Origin: the human T2T-CHM13v2.0 reference genome, Homo sapiens
Strand: one strand, 5' to 3'
DNA length: 64,000 bases
NCBI RefSeq assembly: GCF_009914755.1
Contig: NC_060929.1
Shown here: in pieces, positions 26,701 through 40,547 of the stretch
Numbering within the stretch: the first letter of the stretch is position 1
Layout: each line of letters opens with the position of its first letter
Program-made: the position numbers and the translations under genes
Notes under the pieces: generated by a model
The model's database searches: none
Seen by the model: only the letters and a program-made list of their open reading frames with translations
Told to the model about the DNA's origin: nothing

Positions 26701-29700
26701 TTATTGATTTTGTTTATCTTTTCAAAGAACCAGCTTTTTGTTTCATTTGTCTTTTGTATTTTTTTTGTTTGAATTTTATTATTTCTTTTCTGATCTTTGT
26801 TATTTCTTTTCTTCTGCTGGATTTGGTTTGTTCTTGTTTCTATAGTTCCTGGAGGTGTGAGCTTAGATTGTCTATTTGTGCTCCTTCAGACTTTTTGATG
26901 AAGGCATTTAATGCTGTGAACTTTCCTCTTAGTACTGCTTTTGCAGTATCTCAGAAATTTTGATAGGTGTTGTCACTATTATTCAGCTCCAAGAATTTTT
27001 AATTTCCATCTTGATTTCATTGTTGACCCAGAGATCATTCAGGAGAAGGTTATTTAATTTTCATGTATTTGTGTAATTTTGAGGGTTCCTTTTGGAGTTA
27101 ATTTCCAATTTTATTTCACTGTGGTTTGTGAGAGTATTTGATATAATTTAATTTTCTTAAATTTATAGAGACTTGTTTTGTAGCCTGTTATATGGTCTAT
27201 CTTGGAGAATGTTTCCTGTGTTGATGAAAATAATGTATATTCTGCAGTTATTGGGTAGAATTTTCTTGTAAATATCTGTTAAGTCCATTTTTCCTAGGGT
27301 ATAGTTTAAGTCCATTTTCTCTTTGTTGACTTTCTCTCTTGATGACCTGTCCAGTGCTGTCAGTGGAGTACCGAAGTCTCCCACTATTATTGTGTTGCCA
27401 TCTATCTCATTTCTTAGTTCTAGTAGTAATTATTTTACAAATCTGGGAACTCCAGTGTTAGGTGCATATATATTTAGGATTATAATATTTTCCTGTTGTA
27501 CTAATCATTTTATCATTATATAATGTCTGTCTTTGTCTTTTTTAACTGTTGTTGCCTTAAAGTCTGTTTTGTCTGATATGAGAATAGCTACTCCTGCTTC
27601 CTTTTGGTTTCTATTTGCATGGAATATCTTTCTTCTACCCCTTTACCTTAAGTTTATGTGAGTCCTTATGTGTTAGGTGAGTCTCTTGAAGACAGCAGAT
27701 ACTTGGTTGGTGGAGTTTTATCTATTCTTCCATTCTGTGTCTTTTAATAAGTGGAGTATTTAGGCCATTTATATTCAATATTGGTTTTGAGATGTGAGGT
27801 ACTGTTCCATTCTTCATGCTAGTTATTGCCTGAATACTTTTTTTTTCCATTTTGTTATTGTTTTACAGATCCTGTGAAATTTAAATTTTAAGGAGGTTCT
27901 ATTTTGGGGTATTTCAAGGTTTTGATTTAAGATTTATAACTTCTTTTAGCATTTCTTAAAGTGCTGGCTTGGTAGTTGCACATTTTTCCAGGATTTGTTT
28001 TTCTGAAATTTTTCAGCATTTGTTTTTCTGACAAAGACTTCATCTTTCCTTCATTTATAAAGCTTAGTTTGGCTGGATACAAAATTCTTGGCTGATAATT
28101 ATTTTGCTTAATGAGGCTAAAGATAGGACCCCATTCCCTTCTGGTTTGCACCATTTTTGTGGAGAAATCGACTGTCAATCTGATAGGTTTTTCTTATAAG
28201 TTACTTGATACTTTTGCCTCATAGCTCTTAAGATTCTTTCCTTTGTCTTGACTTTAGATAACCTAACTATGGCTATGTGCCTAAGTGATGATCTTTTGGG
28301 GATGAATTTCCTGGGTGCCTGGCTTAGTTTACCTAACATAATGACCTCCAGTTCCATCCAGATTGTTGCAAATGACAGGATCTCATTTTTTAAAAGGCTG
28401 AATAGTATTCCATTTTGTATAAGCACTACATTTTCTTTATTCATTCATCTGTTGACAGACACTTGAGTTGCTTTTAAATTTTGGCTATTGTGAATAGTGT
28501 TGTAATAAACACTGGAGTGCAGTCTATGAGCTTCTTGTATTTGGATGTCTACATCTCTAGCAAGACCAAGGAAGTTTTCCCCAATTATTCCCTCAAATAA
28601 GTTTTCCAAACTTTTACATTTTTCTTCTTCTTCAGAAATACCAATTATTCTTGTATTTGGTTATTTAACATAATCTCAAATTTCTTGGAGACTTTGTTCA
28701 TTTTTAAAAAGTTCTTTTTTCTTTGTCTTTGTTGAATTGGTTTAATTTGAAAGCCTTGTCTTCAAGCTCTGAAGTTCTGTCTTCTACTTTTTTGATTCTG
28801 TTGCTGGGACCTTCTAGCGTATTTTACATTTAAGTGTGTCTTTCATTTCCAGAAGTTGTGATTGTCTTTTCTTTATGATACCTATTTCTCTGAAGACTTT
28901 TTCGCCTGTATCCTGTATTTTTTAAAAAAATTATTTAATTCAGTTTTTAGTTTTCTCTGGCACTTCCTTGAGTAGCTTACTAATCAACCTTCTGAATTCA
29001 GAGATTTCTTCTTGGTATGGATCCATTGCTGGAGAGCTAGTGATCTTTTGAAGGTGTTATAGAACCTCATTTTGTCATATTACCAGAATTACTTTTCTAG
29101 TTCCTTCTCATTTGGATAGACTGTTTCAGTGGAAATATCTGGAACTCAAGGACTGCTGTTCAGGTTCTTTTGTCCTGGGGGTAATCCTTTGATGTGGTGC
29201 TTTCCCCTTTCTCCTATGGATGGGGCTTCCTGAGAGCTAGACTGCAGTGATTGTTATTGCCGTTCTGGGTCTAGCCACCCAGCAGGGTTACTGGGCTCTG
29301 GGCTTACTGGGTCTAGCCACCCAGCTGGGGAATGTCTGCAAAGAGTCCTGTGATGTGATCCATCTTTAGGTCTCCAAGCCATGGATACCAGCACCTGCTT
29401 TGGTGGAGGTGGCAGGGGAGTAAAGTGGGCTCTGTGTGAGTCCTTAGTTGTAGTTTTGTTTAGTGCACTGGTTTTCTCAAATGCTGGTTATGCTAGCAGT
29501 AGAATTGTCACATGAACAAACTCAGGTCCTCTGGTTAGTCAAGGTGTTGCAGGCAGTGGAGTTAGCTTTTGTTTTATCCTTCTTTGGAGTAGGTTTGTTT
29601 GGTTATAAGTTGCTGTAATGGCTTGAGTTGGTTGGCCTCCAGCCAGGAGGTGGCACTTTCAAGAAAGCACCAGCGGCAGTAGTAGAAACGGGATATAATC

Positions 29701-30757
29701 TTGCCCTGTGTTGGTCAGAATAAGTACTTGAGTTTCTCAGGTGATGGGCAGGGGCATAGAGCTCCCAAGAGTTTATGTCTTTTGTCTTTGGCTACCAGGG
29801 CAGGTAGTGAAAAACCAAGTGGGGGCAGGTTTAGGTGGGTCTGAGCTCAGACTCTCCTTGGGTAGGGCTTGCTGTGGCCACTGTGGGGGATGGGAGGGTG
29901 GTTCTCAGGGCAACAGAATTATGGTCCCAGGGGAGTGATGGCTGCCTCTGTTATGTCCTACAGGTTGCCAGGGAAGTGGGGTAAAGCCAGCAGTGACAGA
30001 CCTGACACAGCCCCCATGCAGCCAGCAAGGCCAGTCTCACTCCCACTGAGAACCCCCAACTGCACTGAGTTTATATCCAGGCAGCCATCGAGCAGGGATG
30101 AGATCTTTCCCAGGCTACAATCCTCCCCACTGAGAGAGCAAACAAAGCTCTCAGGCCTCACCCCTCCCCACCTGCCTGAACCTTTAGCTTTGGCTTCTGT
30201 ATTTATATCTGTACTTCCTATTCACCCCCTATCCCCCGGAATCTGCTCAGGAAAATTTGTGCTTAGTCAAACTTACTACAATTTCAACTAGGAGTTTCCG
30301 TCACCCTGTGGCCCCTCCTGCCTTCCACTCCCAAGGACCCCTGTGAGAAAAGGCCAGGAATGGCTTCCTTGAGTTTGAGCTTGGATCAGGAGTTCCTACA
30401 GGTTCCCACTGCTTTTTCTACTTTTTCGCTCAGCTCCCAAAATCCATTTCAGCTCTAGGTAAGGTTAAATCTTTCTCCCATGACTGGGATTTTCAGGTTC
30501 CCCAGTGGGGATGTTTGTTTGGAGGTAGACTTTTGCCTCTCTCACACTTTGGGAACTCACAGTTTTATGGCTCTCTCACAGAGTTTATAGCAGCAATCTG
30601 CTCCTTTTAAAGGGTCTGTGAATTCTTTAGGTTTTCCTGGCATGTTCCTGTGGTAGTTCTTGGAGCAAAAGTTCACTGCGTGAGTCTCCACATGCTGTTC
30701 TGTCCGTCTGAGTGGGAGCTGCACATTAGTTCTGTCTCCTATCTATCATTTTCCTCA
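23777..30757 (-). mobile_element. full-length L1PB1-like element (decayed ORF1/ORF2)
   Basis: L1PB1-type 3' end (gatttctgagattttggtgcacccatc), ORF2 remnants (QGCPL, FADD, PGPDGF, GDFGTPL), ORF1 remnants and a GC-rich 5' UTR. TSD core TACAAACTT at 23768-23776 and 30770-30778. Confidence 0.93.
28315..28522 (-). mobile_element. internal L1MA-type fragment inserted in L1PB ORF1
   Basis: gtgcctggcttag…tgacctccagttccatcc…aaatgacaggatctca…ggagtgcag is ORF2-end sequence of another L1; no tail. Confidence 0.85.
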
Positions 30758-30779
30758 GATGTCTGTTTATACAAACTTC

Positions 30780-30890
30780 TTGATGACAGAGAGTTTTCTT
30801 TGTTTTATTCACTAATGTATTTTAAGAATATAGGACAATATTTGCCAAATAGAAAACACTCTGTGATACTCTGTTGTATAAATAAATGAT
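30780..30890 (+). mobile_element. L2 3' tail fragment
   Basis: ttgttttattcactaatgtat…aaacactc…ttgttgtataaataaatga. Confidence 0.5.
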
Positions 30891-30894
30891 ACAC

Positions 30895-32148
30895 TATTAT
30901 CTGTCTGATTTTAAAGTATTTGTGTGTCTCATTTCTTGCCTGCTTTTTGGTCTTGTTTCTTGATCGTGGTGCTTTGTTTCCAGGTATGTTTTGTTATTTT
31001 TGATTTAAGCTCATCTTCTTTTAACTTTATTTATGAAAATTGTGTTCATCTAGAGAAGACTTATGTTTATTTCTGCCAGTTTCTTGGATGCACTGCAAAG
31101 TTGGAGCTACCTGAAACTTAATTACTGGCTTTATGGTTTTTAGACTACCTAGGTAGTATTAATTCAGGCTGCAGCAAATAAAAATCTGGATTTGGGAGGT
31201 TTTTGTTTGTTTTTTTCCTCCTCTTCCCATCATTAAAGTTCAAGGCAGACAATTTTCCTTGCTAGTGGTGTTTGGTAAACACATTTTTAGTCTACATGTA
31301 CATTGGGCATTAATTTGCTAGGCCAGCACTGCTCAACAGATATGTAACATGTGCCATATATACATAATGTAAAATTTTCTAGTAGCAATATTAAAAAATA
31401 AAAAGATACAGGTAAAATAATTAGTCATATATTTTCTTTAATATTATTTTAATATGTATATAATCATATAGAAATTATTAATGAGATTTTCACATTTTTT
31501 TCACACTAAGTCTTTGAAATGTGGTTCTTCATACAGAGCACAGATCAGTTCCAACATTACAGTTTTATTGAAAAAGTATCGGTGTTTATGTTTTAAAAAT
31601 GTTACAGTTGAAAAAGTAGTTTTGAATGCCTAGGTTGTCCCAAACATAGCTAAAATTTTCAAATAACTGAATTGAGTATCAGTTTTTAAATTAAAATTAA
31701 TTAAAATAAAATTAAAATTTAGTTTTTCAATATCATCAGACAGGTGCCAAGTACTCAATATCCCTATGTGGCTGGTGGCTACAGTATTGGACAGTACAGA
31801 TCTTGGGTCCAAATAAATGGGGGCATCTTATATTAGATACTCACACCTTGGGCAGGCCCTGCTGCTTTTTCATGTGTTTTCTGAACACTAAGAGACCGTT
31901 GATAACCACATTCCACAGCCAACCATGAATGGCAAATGTTTTTATCGAGTATTTGTATTCAGTGTTCTTCTTTCCACTCATATTTAGTCTTTCTCTTCTT
32001 TTTTGTCTTCAAACTTCTATGTTTGCCATCCTTTTAATATATATTTTATGTAATGTTTTCAATACTTTATCCTACATTTAAAAAATTTAGTCAATGGGAC
32101 AGTCAGCTATGTTACCCAGTCTTTGTTTCTCCCTGAAAAGGAAGTCCA
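30895..32148 (-). mobile_element. old L1M 5' region remnants, split by a hAT element
   Basis: Decayed L1ME-like 5' sequence ending …ctgaaaaggaagtcc. Confidence 0.45.
31324..31799 (+). mobile_element. hAT-Charlie DNA transposon (MER33/Charlie5-like)
   Basis: cagcactgctcaacag…aaattttctagtagc…tatgtggctggtggctacagtattggacagtacag. Confidence 0.8.
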
Positions 32149-32957
32149 TTTGAATCATTTGATCCTGGGGAGAAAATACAGAAAAGATTATTCTTCCAAA
32201 ATACTTAACCCCCTCAAATTCCTCTACAGCTTCAGGGAAAAAACAAAGCAGTGATTTAAGTAATAAATGTAAAAAAGGGCTTACAATTTAAATGGGCTAG
32301 TTCATACCAAAGTTTATTGTTTGTAAAACAGTATAGTTCTCCTGATATTATTAAGATTAATAATGGGTATCCTATTTCTTGCTCTTGAAATATAAGAAGT
32401 AGAAAATTGCAAATGTTTCAAAATAAAAATAGCATCTACCGTGAAGGGTTTATTTACTCTCTTTGAGAAACAGTACAGAAACAGTCTTAAGGGCAAATTT
32501 CTTATAATCTCTCTCATAGTTCTCAAACTGATTGCTATTTTTCTTTATGTTTTAATACTAACATTATTTTGCTTCTCATACTCACAACTCTTCTTTATTT
32601 GCAACACATAGTGCACAAAGAGACATAGAAGTCTGTGTTTTAAAATGAGGTTAGTTGTCTTTTCATCTGAATGAAACAAAAGTTGAGAGTTTTATTTTAA
32701 AGCATGGTGAAACAAAAATGTACAATGCCTGAGTTATTGAACAACTAGTTTTCTTAGTAAACACATGGAGTTCTTATAAGTTAAAGAGGAACTAGGAATA
32801 TGTATCATAAAGCATTTGACAACTGATTTATTGCCATACAAGTTAATAGCATAAATAAGTGAATATCTACAATAGAAGTATACAGTTTCTTGGTACACTT
32901 TGTGCTATTTATTTAAACCATCAAATAAGTGTTCCATGAAGTAGGTTTACATTAGGT

Positions 32958-33065
32958 AGTTCATCAATTTAGCAATGACTTATTGAGCAACTGCTACAGG
33001 CAAGGTGCCTTTTTGTAAGAGATACATAAATGAAAAGACCTTTTTTTTGTCCTAATGGAGCAAAC
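32958..33065 (-). mobile_element. L2 3' fragment
   Basis: ttattgagcaactgctacaggcaagg…gagatacataaatgaaaagac. Confidence 0.5.
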
Positions 33066-35671
33066 TGAAAATGTGCATTTTAAGTCATGATTTTCTAAGC
33101 ACAAGAAAGGCCATTAACACTTATTAATAACATAAATGTATCCCATAAACTTTTTGTGTTTTTTTCCAACATTTGGTTAAACTAAATGACCAAATTCTTC
33201 TCATCAGCTAAAGCCATATGCAGTTGATTTCTGCTATATATGTACCTTGATTTGCCCTCCATCGAACCATAGCCAGAAACCGTTTTTATTCTTCTCTAAA
33301 CTTTTAGAGAATGGAGTCATGTCTCTTCTGTGCTATATTTCTTATATTGCTTTATATTTTGTCTCAACCATACTTAATTTTCTTAGCTTTTTTTTTTATC
33401 TTAAAGTCAGAATCAATTTCCCGCCTTGGCATAGTGCCCTATCTATATTAGGTTTTCCAACACTGAAAAAATGAAAAAGCAAAAAAAACCCGTATTTTAT
33501 ATATTTTCCTTTACATATAGGCAAGAAACATTGTTCTTTACTTTGAATAGTAAAAGCTTATCTAGCATTTTTATTAGCAGGAAAATTCTAGAAGCTGGAA
33601 ATTCTGGTGTAACTCAATACCAGCTTTCAATCCAGTATTAGATAAGCTTAAGGAAGTTAATAGTAAATATATGTAACTTATTGTATTCAGAAAACTATTA
33701 TTTACTATTCCTGCAGTTCTTTAGTAAAATGGTTAAGACAATGCCCTATAGAAATTTTAGAAATAATTACAGTATGTAATTACTACAACACTGCCCTGTT
33801 AGTCACTGAATGATTTCTAAGAGGTAGTGAAAGAGAATTGCTTAGAAAAGAAAGCCATTTGAGACAAAAAAATTAAATTTTGGAAACAGTCTAACACCAG
33901 TATTTCATTTTGATGAATTGACTTTTAAAAACACCCAACTTTTTTTTCTGATTGATTGGTGCTTAATTAAAAATGTAATTTTTTATTGTAGTTTTAAAAG
34001 ACACTGAAAACTGAGTTACATAGTAATTTGTAAGATCTCTGGACAGATTACAAAGTAAATAATTTTACGTATTTTGGAATTGGGGCATCATCAAAAAATA
34101 CATTATTAACTTAATGTAAATAACACACATTTATACTTCAAAATTTAAAATTTTAAAAAGCTTGTACTTAGACTTTGGCTAAATTGTACTTTTCATGGAT
34201 AAAGTATTGTTATTTTATCTGAAACTTTCTTCTTCTAGCCATAAAATATCATTTAAAATCAGAAGATGTACTTTATATTTGCTTATTCAAATTTCCTAAT
34301 ATTGGTCAGATTTAAGAAATATTGTACAAACACTTTAGTTTTGCTTTAAACAATGTGTCATTGAAAAAGCAGTTTTTCTCTGATTATCAGAATGTATTTT
34401 TCTTTTAGTATAATGACTGAGCTTTCCAAAATATTCACTGGGAGGAGAAAATATTTACATGTTGCTGATAATAGACCTATTCTTCAAAATGCCAAAGGAA
34501 GTTGTGCTGATGAACATTTTATTAAAAAGTTGAGTGGAATAGTAATATAAGTGAGGTTTTTCTCTCTACCTTGAATTTACATTTTCTCATTTGGCTCACT
34601 TAAAATCCCAGGGGGAAGTACTTACCTTGGATAACCCTTTTTTCCCTGTCCTCTTTACCTTGACTTTACACATAGAGGCAAATATGTTTTGTCCAAGAGT
34701 TTTGAATTCCCAGGTATTACAAGTTTTTATTAGATTATGGAATAGTCTGAATTTAGCCATTTTGGAGAATATATCATGCATGGTTATGATGATAAAAGAG
34801 TCAAGGGCTACATGCTGACTGAGATAACAAGCCAGCTTCCAAGTAATTTTGAAAGTAAATGTGTTTGTAAGAATGGTTTTTGGTTTCAGTAAGATCTCTG
34901 CTACATTTTATTTATTCCTACTGAGTGCTGTATTTATCATAATATGTAGTCACTAATTAGAAATGTTTGAAAAGAAAATCAACCTGATATGAAACTAATC
35001 TAATATCAGAATATTAAAACTAACATTGCATATCATGAACTTACGTGTATTTTTATCTATGACGTTTAAGGGTATAAATGTTTTACATGAAGATGTGGGA
35101 GAGTTACAAAAGGTACACAAATATCAGCCTTCCAAAATTATTTTAAATCAATATAATAAGGATTTTTTAGTGTAATGCTCTTTGTAGCATTTTTGTAATT
35201 ATTGCATTAAAAACTTAATATAAAATTTATTCATTACTTAAACTATTTTTGAATGTAAATATTGCTTTATTTTGAAATATTCAACAAATCCATGCATTGA
35301 AGTTGAAAAAAGTTTTTAAAACTTGAAGGAAAACTCAGTGAATAATAAGATTTAAAAAAATTTATTGTAATTTCTCTCTTTTTAAAAATGCATTGCTTAT
35401 CAATGTGGAACAAGGGCTTATTTCATTATTAAGCAAGACAGCTTTAATCTTAAAAAATGAATCAAAATTTGTTCTGTGCCTGAAACCATTCAACACTGAA
35501 ACAATTTTGGATATCTTATTTCCACACTCCCTATTTTCGACTTTGCCTTAACAATAGGTTCCACAGAAAATAGTATAGAAATTGAGCTTATTGCTTAGTC
35601 AAATGCATATGTAGGGCTGATTTAAAATAACAGAAAATATCTATTTCACTTTTCTTTGATATTATAATTAT

Positions 35672-38600
35672 TATTTTTCTTATATTTTAGGTTCAGGAGG
35701 TACACGTGCAAGTTTGTTACATGGGTAAATTGCATGCTTTAGCAGTTTGGTGTACAAATTATTTTATTACACAGGTAATGAGCATAGTACCCAATAGTAT
35801 TAGGTTGGTGCAAAAGTAATTGCGGCTTTTGGCATTAAAAGTAATGGCAAAAACCACAATAAGTGTTCCCTTTACTCTGCAATCTTACCATCATCAGTTA
35901 TATTTGGACTTTTTAATAATAGCCATTCTGTCTGGTGTGACATCATATCTCACTGTGGTTTTGATTTGCATTTCCCTAGTGATTAGTGATATTGAGCATA
36001 TTTTCATATGCTTGTTGGCCACATGTACATGTATATCTTCTTTTGAGAAGTGTCTGTTCATGTCCTTGGTGCATTTTTTAATGGGGTTGTTTGTTTTTGT
36101 GTGTTAATTTGTTTATGTTCCTTATAGATTCTGAATATTAGACCTTTGTCAGATGCAGAGTTTGCAAATATTTTCTCCCATTTTGTAGGTTGTCTGTTTA
36201 CTCTTTCGGTAATTTCTTTTACTGTGCAGAAGCTCTTTAGCTTAGGTGCCATTTGTCAATTTTTGGTTTGTTGTAATTACTTTTTGGCATTTTTTTCAAG
36301 AAACCTCTGCCATGGCCTATGTTCATAATGGTATTTCCTAGGTTTTCTTCTAGGACTTTTATAGTTTTATGTTTTACATTTAAGTATTTACTCCATCTTG
36401 AAGTGATTTTTGTATATGGTATAAGGAAAGGGTCCAGCTTTATTTTTCTGCATGTGTCTAGCCAGTTATCCTAGCACTATTTATTAAATAGGGAGTCCTT
36501 TCCCTATTGCTTGTTATTGTCAGCTTTGTTAAAGATCAGATGATTGTAGATGTGTGGCTTTATTTCTGGGTTCTCTAACCTGTTTCCTTAGTCTATATAT
36601 CTGTTTTTGTTATTGTAGTCTCATAGTACAGTTTGAAGTCCAGTAGTGTGATTTCTCAAGCTTTGTTCTTTTTGCTTATGATTGCTGTGGCTATTTGGGC
36701 TCCTTTAAGATTCCATATGAATTTTAGAATAATTTTTTCTTATTCTGTGAAAAATGTAATTGTTATTTGATAGGAATAGTATTGAGTCTGTAAATTGCTT
36801 TGGACAGAATGGCCATTTAAACAATGTTGATTTTTCCTATCCATGAGCATGGAATTTTTTTATTTGTTTGTGGCATCTCTGATTTCTTTTAGCAGTGTTT
36901 TGTAATTCTTACCATAGACATCTTTTACAAATCTGTTTAGCTTGTGTTCCTAGGTATTTTATTCTTTTTGTGGCTGTTGCGAATGAAATTGTGTACTGAA
37001 CATTGATTTTGTATCCCAAAGCTTTGCTGAAGTTGTTTATCAAATCTAGAGGCCTTTGGGCAGAGACTGTGGGGTTTGCTATGTAGGGAAAAATATCATT
37101 CATGAAGAGAGATAGTTTGACTTTCTCTCTTCATATTTGGATGCCTTTTATTTCTTTCTCTTGCCTGATTGCTCTGGCTAGAACTTCCGAAACTAAGTTG
37201 AACAGGAGTAATGAAGAGTGGTCATCCTTGTCTGGTTCTGGTTCTCAAGAGGAATGTTTCAGCTTTTGGTTATTCAGTATGATGTTGGCTGTGGGTTTGT
37301 CATAGATGGTTCTTTTTATTTTGAGGTATGTTCCTTTGATGCTAGTTTGTTGAGGGTTTTTAAAATGAAGGGATGTTGAATTTTATCAAAAGGCTTTTCT
37401 GTGTCTGTTATAATGATCATGCTTTTAGTTTTGTTTATGTGATGAATCACATTCATTGATTTGCTTATACTGAACCAATATTGCATCCCAGAGATAAAGC
37501 CTACTTGATCACGGAAGATTAGCTTTTTGATGTGCTGGCGGATTTGGTTTACTAATATTTTGAGCATTTTCACATCTGTGTTCATCAGGAATATTGGCCT
37601 GAAGCGTTTTTTTTTTTCATTGTGTCTCTGCCAGATTTTGGTATCTAGATGATGCTGACCTCTTAGAATGAGTTATCGAGGGGTCCCTCCTCCTTGATCT
37701 TTTGGAATAGTTTCATTAGGACTGGTACCAGCTCTTCTTAATACATATGGTATAATGTGGCTGTGACTCCATCTGGTCCAGGGCTTTTTCTGGTTGGTAG
37801 GGTTTTTTTTTTTTTATTACTGATCAAATTTCAGAACTCATTATTGGTCTGTTCAGGAATTCAGTTTCTTCCTGGTTCAATCTTGGGAGGTTGTAGTTTT
37901 CAGGAAATTATCCATTTCTTCCAGGTTTTTTAGTTCATGTGTGTAGAGATGTTCATAATATTCTTTGAGGGTTTTTTGTATTTCAATGGGACTGGTGGTA
38001 AGGTCCCCTTTGTCATTTCTGATTGTGTTGATTTGAATCTTCTCTCATTTTTATTTGCTAGTTTATTTAGTGGTCTTTCAATCTTAGTTCTTCATTGATA
38101 TTTTGTACAGTGTTTCTTTTCTTCATCTTGTGAGCTCAGTTCTGATTTTGGTTATTTCTTTTCTTCTGTTAGCTTTGGGGTTGGTTTGCTTTTGTTTTTC
38201 TTGTACCTATAGGTGTGATGTTAGGTTGTTAATTTGAGATCTTCCTAACTTTTTGATGTGGGCATTTACTGCTGTAACTTTCCTCTTAACACTGCTTCAG
38301 CTGTGTCTCAGAGATTCTGGAATGCTGCATCTTTGTTCTCATTAGTTTCAAAGAATTCCTTGATTTCTGTCTTAATTTTATTTTTTACCCAAAAGTCTTT
38401 CAGGAGCAGGTTGTTTAATTTGCATGTAATTGTATGGTTTTGAGAGATCTTCTTAGTATTCATTTCTATTTTTACTGTGCTTTGGTCTGAGAGTATGGTT
38501 GGTATGATTTCATTTTTTTAAAATTTGTTGAGAATTGCTTTATGGCTGAGGGTGTGGTCGATTTTAAAGTATGTGCCATGTGCACACGAGAAGAAGGTAT

Positions 38601-40547
38601 ATTCTGTTGTTTTTGGGTGGGGTTTTTGGTAGATGTTTGTTAGGTTCATTTGGTCAAGTGTCAAATTTAATTCCTGAATACCTTTGTTAGTTTTCTGTCT
38701 CAATGATCTAATACTGTCAGTGGGGTGTTAAAGTCTCCCACTATTACTGTGTGATTATGTAAGAATTTGTTTTATGTGCTTCAGTGTTGGATGCATATAT
38801 ATTTAGGATAGTTAAGTCTTGTTGAATTGAACCCTTTATTGTTATGTAATGTCCTTCTTTATCCTTTTTGATTATTGTTGCTTAAAAGTCTCTTTTGTCT
38901 GAAATAAAAATAGGAATCCCTGTTCTTTTTTGTTTTCCTTTTGATAGGTTTTTCTCCATCTCTTTACTTTGAAGCTATGGGTGTTATTGCATATGAGATG
39001 GGTCTTTTGAAGATAGCATGGAGTTGGGTCTTGCTTCTTTATCCAACTTGCCACTCTATACCTTTTAAGTGGGGTGTTTAGTCCATTTACATGCAAGTTT
39101 AATATTGATATGTGTGGAATGATCCTCTGTCATTGTATTATTAGCTGGTTGTTATGTAGACTTCATGGTGTAGTTGCTTTAAAGTGTCAATAGTTTATGT
39201 ACGTAAGCGTGTTTTTGTGGTGCTGCTAATGTTCTTTCATTTCCATGTTTAGCACTCCCTTAAGGACCCCTTGTAAGGCAGGTCTGGTGGTAACAAATTC
39301 CCTTAGCATTTGCTTGTCTGAAAATGATTTTATTTCTGCTTTACTTATGAAGCTAAGTTTGGCTGGATAATTCTTGGTTGGAAGTTCTTTTCTTTAAAGA
39401 TGCTAAATATAAGCCCCAATCTCTTCTGGCTTCTAGGCTTTCTGCTGAAATGTTCACTGTTAGCCTGATGTGGTTCTCTTTGTAGGTAACCTGCCCCTTC
39501 TCGCTAGTTGTCCTTAATATTTTTTCTTTAGCATTGACTTTGGAGAATCTTATGACTGTGTGTCTTGGATTTCGTTTTCTTGGATAGTGTCTCACAGGGT
39601 ATCTCTGAATTTCCTTAATTTGACTGTCAACCTCTCTAGTGAAGTTGTGGAATGTTTCATGGACAATATTCTCAAATTTGTTTTCAAAGTTACTTGCTCT
39701 CTCTCTCCCTCTCATGTATGGATTCCAATGAGTTGTAGATTTGATCTCTACATAATCCCATATTTTTTGGAAGTTTTGTTCATTCTTTTTTCTTGATTTT
39801 TCTCTGACTTAGTTCAGATATCCAGTCTTCAAGCTCTGAGGTTCTTTTCTCCATTTGGTTTATTACACTGTTAATACTTCCAATTGTGTTATGAAATTCT
39901 TGTAGTGAGTTTTTCAGCTTGATCAGATCAGTTTGGCTCTTTCTTAATATGTCTATTTCATCTTTCAGCTCTTGTATCACTTTAGTTAATTTGTTAGATT
40001 TCTTGAAGTGGGTTTCAACTTTCTCCTGAATGTCTATGATCTTCTTTGCCATCCGGATTCTGAATTCTATGCATGTTATTCCAGCCATTTTAGTCTAGTT
40101 AAGAACCATTGCTAAGGAGCTAGTGCAGTTTTTGGCAATAAGACATTTTGAGTTGCCAGAGTTCTGATATCGGTTCTTTCTCGTCTGTGGGGGCTGATAC
40201 TCCTTTAATCTTTGAAGTTGCTTTCCTTTGGATGGGGTTTTATTGCTTTTATATTCTTTAATGCCCTTGAGGATCTGACTGTCGGTTCAGTCAACTAGTT
40301 TAGTTTTGATAATTTCAGTGGACCAAGGCTCAGCTTGTTGCTCCTGAGTTGCCTGCTGTAATGCTGGGGGGCTGGGACCAGGCCCAGCGCTTTGTTCTCT
40401 GGCCCTCGAGGTTAAGCCGCTGCTTTGCTAGAGGGGCCAAGATGTAACTGGTCCACTGTCAACACTCTGATGGGGGTGCTGGAAAAAGTACTTTATCAGA
40501 GTGGTGGCAGTGGGGACCATGCTTGGGCACACATGACAGCAGCAGGA
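35672..40547 (-). mobile_element. L1PA15/16-like near-full-length element, 5'-truncated
   Basis: 3' end ggttcaggaggtacacgtgcaagtttgttacatgggtaaattg. ORF2 remnants (VNGLNTP, YFKIDH), ORF1 remnants (39353-40088) and part of the 5' UTR. Confidence 0.92.
35800..35860. mobile_element. MADE1 (Hsmar1 MITE), right TIR truncated
   Basis: TA then ttaggttggtgcaaaagtaattgcggcttttggcattaaaagtaatggcaaaaaccacaat. Confidence 0.95.

Noticed and set aside
27278-27320. TTAAGTCCATTTT direct repeat
   Set aside because: A normal feature of the L1 ORF2 endonuclease-region consensus.
34390-34790. Acceptor-like site with a 45-codon ORF on + and a strong AAG|GTAAGT donor on minus (about 34619-34628)
   Set aside because: Peptides are unrecognisable and no convincing paired splice sites exist; expected by chance in 64 kb.
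32150-35670. 3.5-kb largely repeat-free AT-rich stretch as a hidden gene or RNA
   Set aside because: No ORF, RNA fold or motif pattern that I can support from sequence alone.
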